Shown here in pieces: positions 59,650 through 64,000 of a stretch of 64,000 nt of DNA. Origin of the DNA: an uncultured Alphaproteobacteria bacterium (lineage in GTDB: Bacteria > Pseudomonadota > Alphaproteobacteria > Reyranellales > Reyranellaceae); contig CAVXZJ010000010.1 in assembly GCA_963766285.1 (NCBI GenBank), positions 74,250-138,249 of the forward strand. Direction: 5' to 3'. The notes beneath the pieces were generated by a model. That model made no database searches, was not told the DNA's origin, and worked only from the letters and a program-made list of their open reading frames with translations. The translations under genes were made by a program, and so were the position numbers. Each line of letters begins with the position of its first letter. Position 1 is the stretch's first letter.

Positions 59650-61027
59650 TCACCCGGCGGCAACTTGCCGGCTGATGCTGGGCACGTTCAAGCGGCCCAG
59701 CATTCGCTCACCCGATGCGGCGAGCTTGCCACGAATGGCCTCGATATCGGTGCGCAAAAGTTTGCCGTCGCGCTTGGCGAAGCGGCCGGCGACCAGCACG
59801 TCGCGCATGCGGGCGCCCGAGCCCTGCATGACCACGGTCGCGAGGGCATCGTGAACCGGCCACATGGCGAGCGCGCCGAGCGACATCACGGCGATGTCTG
59901 CCTGCTTGCCCACGGAAAGGCTGCCGATGCGGTCGGTCATGCCGAGCATTTCAGCACCCCGTGTCGTAATCCAGTCGAATGCCTCGGCGGCGGGGATGGT
60001 CGAGGTGCTTGGGATGCCGCCGCTGCTGGCGCGCTCGGCTGCATTGTCGAGGGCGCGCTGCGACGCCAGCGCCATGCGCGCCACCGTGAACATGTCGCCG
60101 CCGATGGCCGACTTCGAGATCCACGCCGACCGATGGCGCCGACCCCAGCGCCCGGAGGCGGCCGGTGATCGGATGGCCATGCCCCTGCGCCATCTCGTTC
60201 TCCGGCGTGATCGAGAAGCTGACGCGGAGATCGACGAAGGCCCGGAGCTGGGCGTCGCTGAGATTGTTGCCGTGAACGATGTTGATGTGCGGACCCACCA
60301 GGCCGTGCTGCATCAGCGTCTCCCAGCCGCCCGGCGTCTTCGCCTCGCCACCGCCCTGGTGCATCGACGCGACCAGTCCCATTTCCCGCGCGAGGGAGAA
60401 GTCGTGGGCACTGACCTCGAGGGTCGAGTAGTGCGGCCCGAGCACGGCTAGGCCCAGAGTGACGAGAGCGTTGCGATCCGCCAGGGGGCCTTTCAGCAGC
60501 CGCTCGATCTCCTTGCGCGGATGCGGCACTTCGGAGAAGTGCGGCTCGCCGGGTCTGGGATCCGGTTTGGGCGAGCCGTGGAAGAACGCGGCGCGGATGC
60601 CGCTCTCCTTGAGGCCGGCAACGCCCGCATCGGTATGCTCGGGCGTGGGATTGTTGTGGCACCAGTCGACGAGGGTGGTCACGCCATGGTCGAGCTGGTT
60701 CAGGGCGCCGGCCAGAGTCGCGATGTGAATATCCTCGGGCGTGAAGACCGTTGCGAGCCCGGCGTGGACGTGGCGGAAATATTCCAGCAGCGTCCAGTTC
60801 GCCGCCACCGACCTCAAGGCGGTCTGCCAAGTGTGCATGTGGGCGTTGATCAGGCCGGGCAGCACGAAATGACCGGCGCAATCGATGCTCTCGGCGTTGG
60901 CAGCGGACAGGTCAGGGGCAATCGCCGCAATTCTGCCGTCGTCGATCAGCACATCGCCTCTGGGCAGGATGCCCAGCGCCTTGTCCTGGGTGACGACGAT
61001 CCCCGATTTCAGCAGCAGCTTGCGCAT
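59650..61027 (-). CDS. Amidohydrolase, Atz/Trz-like deaminase family (frameshift ~60113)
   Basis: PGLINAHMHTWQ, SMHQG, NIVHGN, GVDLE, GSLSVGKQADI. Confidence 0.88.
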
Positions 61028-61029
61028 CG

Positions 61030-61959
61030 TCAGGCGAGCCCGTCGCTCACCTTCACGTTCTCGGGCACCAGCTTCATGCCGGCGGCGCGGGCCAACTCGA
61101 CCAGCAGCACGGAGAAGTCGATGTCGCCGGGATACTGGTTGGCGAGCGATTGAAGGCTCTCGCGCGTGGCCGATGCCGTCGGCATGGTCACGCCCTGCGC
61201 CTTGGCCGCTCCCATGCCCAGTTCGAGGTCCTTCAGCAGGAGCTTCGGCGTGAACGTGGTCGTGAAGTCGAGATTGACGAGGGCCGGCGTCTTGTAGCGC
61301 GTGTACATCGAGCCCAGCACGCTGCTGTTGATCAACTCCAGGAACACATGGCGCGGGATGCCGGCTTTCTCGGCCAGCAGGGTGATCTCGCACAGGGAAT
61401 GGATGATCACGCCGAACATCGTGTTGTGCGCGATCTTCCAGATGCGCGACAGCTCGCCCTCGCCGACATAGAGTTCCTGGCGCCCCAGCGCCGCCAGCAG
61501 CGGCTTGACGGCGTCGTATTCGGCTCGCGGCCCCGACGCCACGACCAGCAGCTTGCCCGCCTTGGCGACGCGGGCATTGCCCGACACCGGCGCGCTCAGG
61601 TAGGTGACCCCCATTTCCGTCAGGCCCTTGCGGATCTCCGCCGAGCCGGTATCCGAGATCGACGACATATCGACCACGCGCTTCGGTCGCGCGTTGCCCG
61701 CGAGCACGCCGTCCTTGCCGAACAGGATCTCCTTCAGGTCGTCGGTGGTGGACACCATCGTGAAGACGGTGGCGCAGTGCGCCATGGCAGTCTTGTCCGT
61801 CACGACCTCGGCGCCAATCCGGGCCAGTGGATCGGCCTTGGAAGCCGTGCGGTTCCACACCGAAAGCCCGTGGCCGGCCGCGACCAGGCGGGCCGCCATC
61901 GCCTCCCCCATGCGGCCAAGGCCGATCCAACCGATGGAATGCGATGCTTTGCTGCTCAT
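61030..61959 (-). CDS. NAD(P)-dependent oxidoreductase, 3-hydroxyisobutyrate dehydrogenase family
   Basis: GWIGLGRMG, VWNRT, APVSG, KIAHN, KDLELG. Confidence 0.92.
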   Translation of the reverse strand: MSSKASHSIGWIGLGRMGEAMAARLVAAGHGLSVWNRTASKADPLARIGAEVVTDKTAMAHCATVFTMVSTTDDLKEILFGKDGVLAGNARPKRVVDMSSISDTGSAEIRKGLTEMGVTYLSAPVSGNARVAKAGKLLVVASGPRAEYDAVKPLLAALGRQELYVGEGELSRIWKIAHNTMFGVIIHSLCEITLLAEKAGIPRHVFLELINSSVLGSMYTRYKTPALVNLDFTTTFTPKLLLKDLELGMGAAKAQGVTMPTASATRESLQSLANQYPGDIDFSVLLVELARAAGMKLVPENVKVSDGLA

Positions 61960-62025
61960 ATCGTGAAACCCTTACGCGAGTTCTGCGTTGCTCGTTGCGC
62001 CGCAGTGTGGGAGGGGTTTCAGTCG

Positions 62026-63819
62026 ATGTCCATGGCCGGCCGGTCGTTCGCCTTTCTGGCACTTCTGCTTGTCGCCTCGTGCAGCGGGCATTTGCCGAAC
62101 ACGGCGCTGCGCCGCCACGAAGCCAATTCCTATTACAAGGTCAACGATTCGACGCCGCTGGTGGCGCTGATGCGCGAACGCCATATCTCGCCGCCGGACG
62201 AAACCTCCGCGACACCGCTGCTCGAGCAGTTGCAGGCCGAGCTTGCCAAGAGCGATCGCTCGGGCCGCTACAACGGCGTGACCTACGAACTTACGCGCGG
62301 GAACCTGTTGGGATCCGGCTGGATCGTGCAGACGCCCGACGCCTGGGGACGGCGCGCGGCCGACCTGAAATTCTATCCGCTCGACTGCAAGGACTGCGAG
62401 AAGGACGTCCTGCTGCCATCCTGCAGCAGCGACGCCGACTGCGGCGGCGGCACCTGCGGAACGATCTGGCCGGCGCCGGGCAGCAATACGCGACGCAAGG
62501 TATGCTTCGGTCATTCCGACGGGCTGCTGGTCGGGCTTTACGACCTGATCGCCGGCGCGAAGAGCAGCGTCGACATCAATCTTCTGCAACCGGCGCCGGA
62601 TGCGCGCTTCCTCGCCGCCCTGAGAGCGGCGTTCGGCGCATTGGCGCGCAGCGGCCGGCCGGTCTCCATCCGCATCCTGCTGGGTCAGTACGACACCGGT
62701 CTGGTCGACACCCGCGATTTCCTCTCCCAAGTGAGCGCAGAGGTCAAAGACGTGCCGGGGGCGCACATCAGGATCAGCGTGGCGGCGATGCAGTCCTGTA
62801 CGTCGTTCGAGGACTGCGACAGCTTCTCGTGGAACCATTCGAAGATCGTGAGCGTCGACGGACGCGAAGCGCTCGTCGGCGGCCATAATCTCTGGACGAA
62901 GGACTATCTGATCGGCGATCCGGTCAGCGATCTGTCGATGCGGATCAGCGGGCCGGCGGCGGCCAGCGCCTCGCGCTTTGCCGATACGCTCTGGGAATAT
63001 GTCTGCAGCAATCTCAAACAGACGAAGGTGATCTTCCTGTCGAGCCTGGCGACCGATCGGAGTTTGCCCGAAGGCGGGTGCCCGCCGCCGTCGCCGGCGG
63101 CAAATGCCGCGACCGCGACCGGCGGCATGCCGGTCATGGCGGTCGGCCGGCTGGGCTCGGGAATCACCAAGGACTTCGCCAACCACAGCGATCTTGCGCG
63201 CGACCTGATGCTGGGCACCGCCAGGCACACGATCCGGATCGCGCAACAGGACCTTGGCTTCGTCTTCGGCCGGGCCGACACGCTGTTTCCCGAAAGCAAT
63301 CTGGAGCGGCTGGTGGCGTTCCTGATGCGCGGCGGGGGCGACATCTACATCGTGCTGTCGGACGAGGGCGCGACCGGCAACAGTGGCAGCAGCTATTCGA
63401 ACGGCGTGCCGCTCATGACCTTCGCCCGCCACCTGCGCGAGATGGTGCAGGGCAGGTTCGAGGCGAAGGATCCGCAGTCGCGCTACGCAATACGCACCGG
63501 ACCGGATCCGGCGAATGCGCTGTTGTGTGAACATGTCCATCTGGCGCCGTTCCGCTTCGGCCCCGACAGCAAGTGGCCCGACCACGCGACCTTTGCCACC
63601 CATGCCAAGCTCTGGATGATCGACGACCGCGCCTTCTACATCGGCTCGGACAACATGTACCCGGTCAATCTCCAGGAGTTCGGCTATATCGTCGACGACA
63701 GGAAGGCGGCGGGCGAGTTGCTCGATGCCTACTGGAATCCGCTGTGGCAATGGTCGCAGGCGGCCGCCGTCTCGGGGCCCGGGGTCAAGAAGTGCATCTT
63801 CCGCGAGATCATAAACTAG
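62026..63819 (+). CDS. Phospholipase D family lipoprotein
   Basis: LVASC lipobox; two HKD motifs, WNHSKIVSVD..GGHN and THAKLWMIDD..GSDN. Confidence 0.9.
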   Translation: MSMAGRSFAFLALLLVASCSGHLPNTALRRHEANSYYKVNDSTPLVALMRERHISPPDETSATPLLEQLQAELAKSDRSGRYNGVTYELTRGNLLGSGWIVQTPDAWGRRAADLKFYPLDCKDCEKDVLLPSCSSDADCGGGTCGTIWPAPGSNTRRKVCFGHSDGLLVGLYDLIAGAKSSVDINLLQPAPDARFLAALRAAFGALARSGRPVSIRILLGQYDTGLVDTRDFLSQVSAEVKDVPGAHIRISVAAMQSCTSFEDCDSFSWNHSKIVSVDGREALVGGHNLWTKDYLIGDPVSDLSMRISGPAAASASRFADTLWEYVCSNLKQTKVIFLSSLATDRSLPEGGCPPPSPAANAATATGGMPVMAVGRLGSGITKDFANHSDLARDLMLGTARHTIRIAQQDLGFVFGRADTLFPESNLERLVAFLMRGGGDIYIVLSDEGATGNSGSSYSNGVPLMTFARHLREMVQGRFEAKDPQSRYAIRTGPDPANALLCEHVHLAPFRFGPDSKWPDHATFATHAKLWMIDDRAFYIGSDNMYPVNLQEFGYIVDDRKAAGELLDAYWNPLWQWSQAAAVSGPGVKKCIFREIIN

Positions 63820-63872
63820 TCGTGATTTGATCCGGTCCCGGTCGCGGCGCGTATTGGCTTCAGGAGGCCAAC

Positions 63873-64000
63873 ATGAAGATAGTGCGATGGACCGCCGCTC
63901 TTGCGTTCGTGCTTCCGCTTTCCGCCGCGGTGCTTTCCTCGGGAGCGCAAGCCGATGACGCTGCCTACTGCCGGGCACTGGCTGCCAGGTACCAGATGTA
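63873..64000 (+). CDS. Secreted DDAAYC-domain protein (3' partial)
   Basis: AGGAGG RBS; MKIVRWTAALAFVLPLSAAVLSSGAQADDAAYCRALAARYQM... runs off the window. Confidence 0.75.
   Translation, partial: MKIVRWTAALAFVLPLSAAVLSSGAQADDAAYCRALAARYQM

Noticed and set aside
5290-61027. Frameshifted genes (deacylase, two Bug genes, serine hydrolase, MFP, chromate subunit, YcaO, BVMO, amidohydrolase) as pseudogenes
   Set aside because: The shifts look like small insertions with no in-frame stops or decay, which fits consensus error better than gene decay. Read-level confirmation is still needed.
11711-63978. Long antisense ORFs (e.g. 11711-13498, 20655-22373, 32184-34202, 52306-54030, 61972-63978)
   Set aside because: They are shadow frames of high-GC genes on the opposite strand, with no motifs of their own.
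1-64000. CRISPR array, rRNA, prophage structural genes, defence systems
   Set aside because: No regularly spaced repeat-spacer series, rRNA-like sequence, phage structural genes or recognisable defence genes were seen.

Overview
GC-rich alphaproteobacterial chromosome segment. The gene content is Reyranella-like (inference): three Bug/TctC genes plus a fragment, many small secreted proteins, and split gatCA/gatB. About a dozen apparent single-base insertions split otherwise intact genes; these look like long-read consensus errors, and several fall in GANTC sites. The backbone is mostly metabolic and transport genes around tRNA-Ser(GCT). Main finding: an apparently uncharacterised azole-type RiPP locus downstream of the tRNA. 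It has an RRE/E1-YcaO cyclodehydratase, a SagB-type dehydrogenase and a tandem GNAT. It also has a 51-aa candidate precursor on the opposite strand (36782-36937, missed by the ORF track) with a cyanobactin-like ELSDEAL leader motif and a Cys/Ser/Thr-containing tail. Second finding: a 2.55-kb integrase-less island inserted into the 3' end of a MetE-like gene. It has a 15-bp duplicated core, supplies a replacement C-terminus, and carries 28-bp end repeats, an IS630 and a C45 peptidase. Also seen: a second orphan duplicated gene tail, a recurring two-cysteine secreted domain at three loci, a candidate multi-hairpin sRNA, and a candidate WYL-regulator operator.
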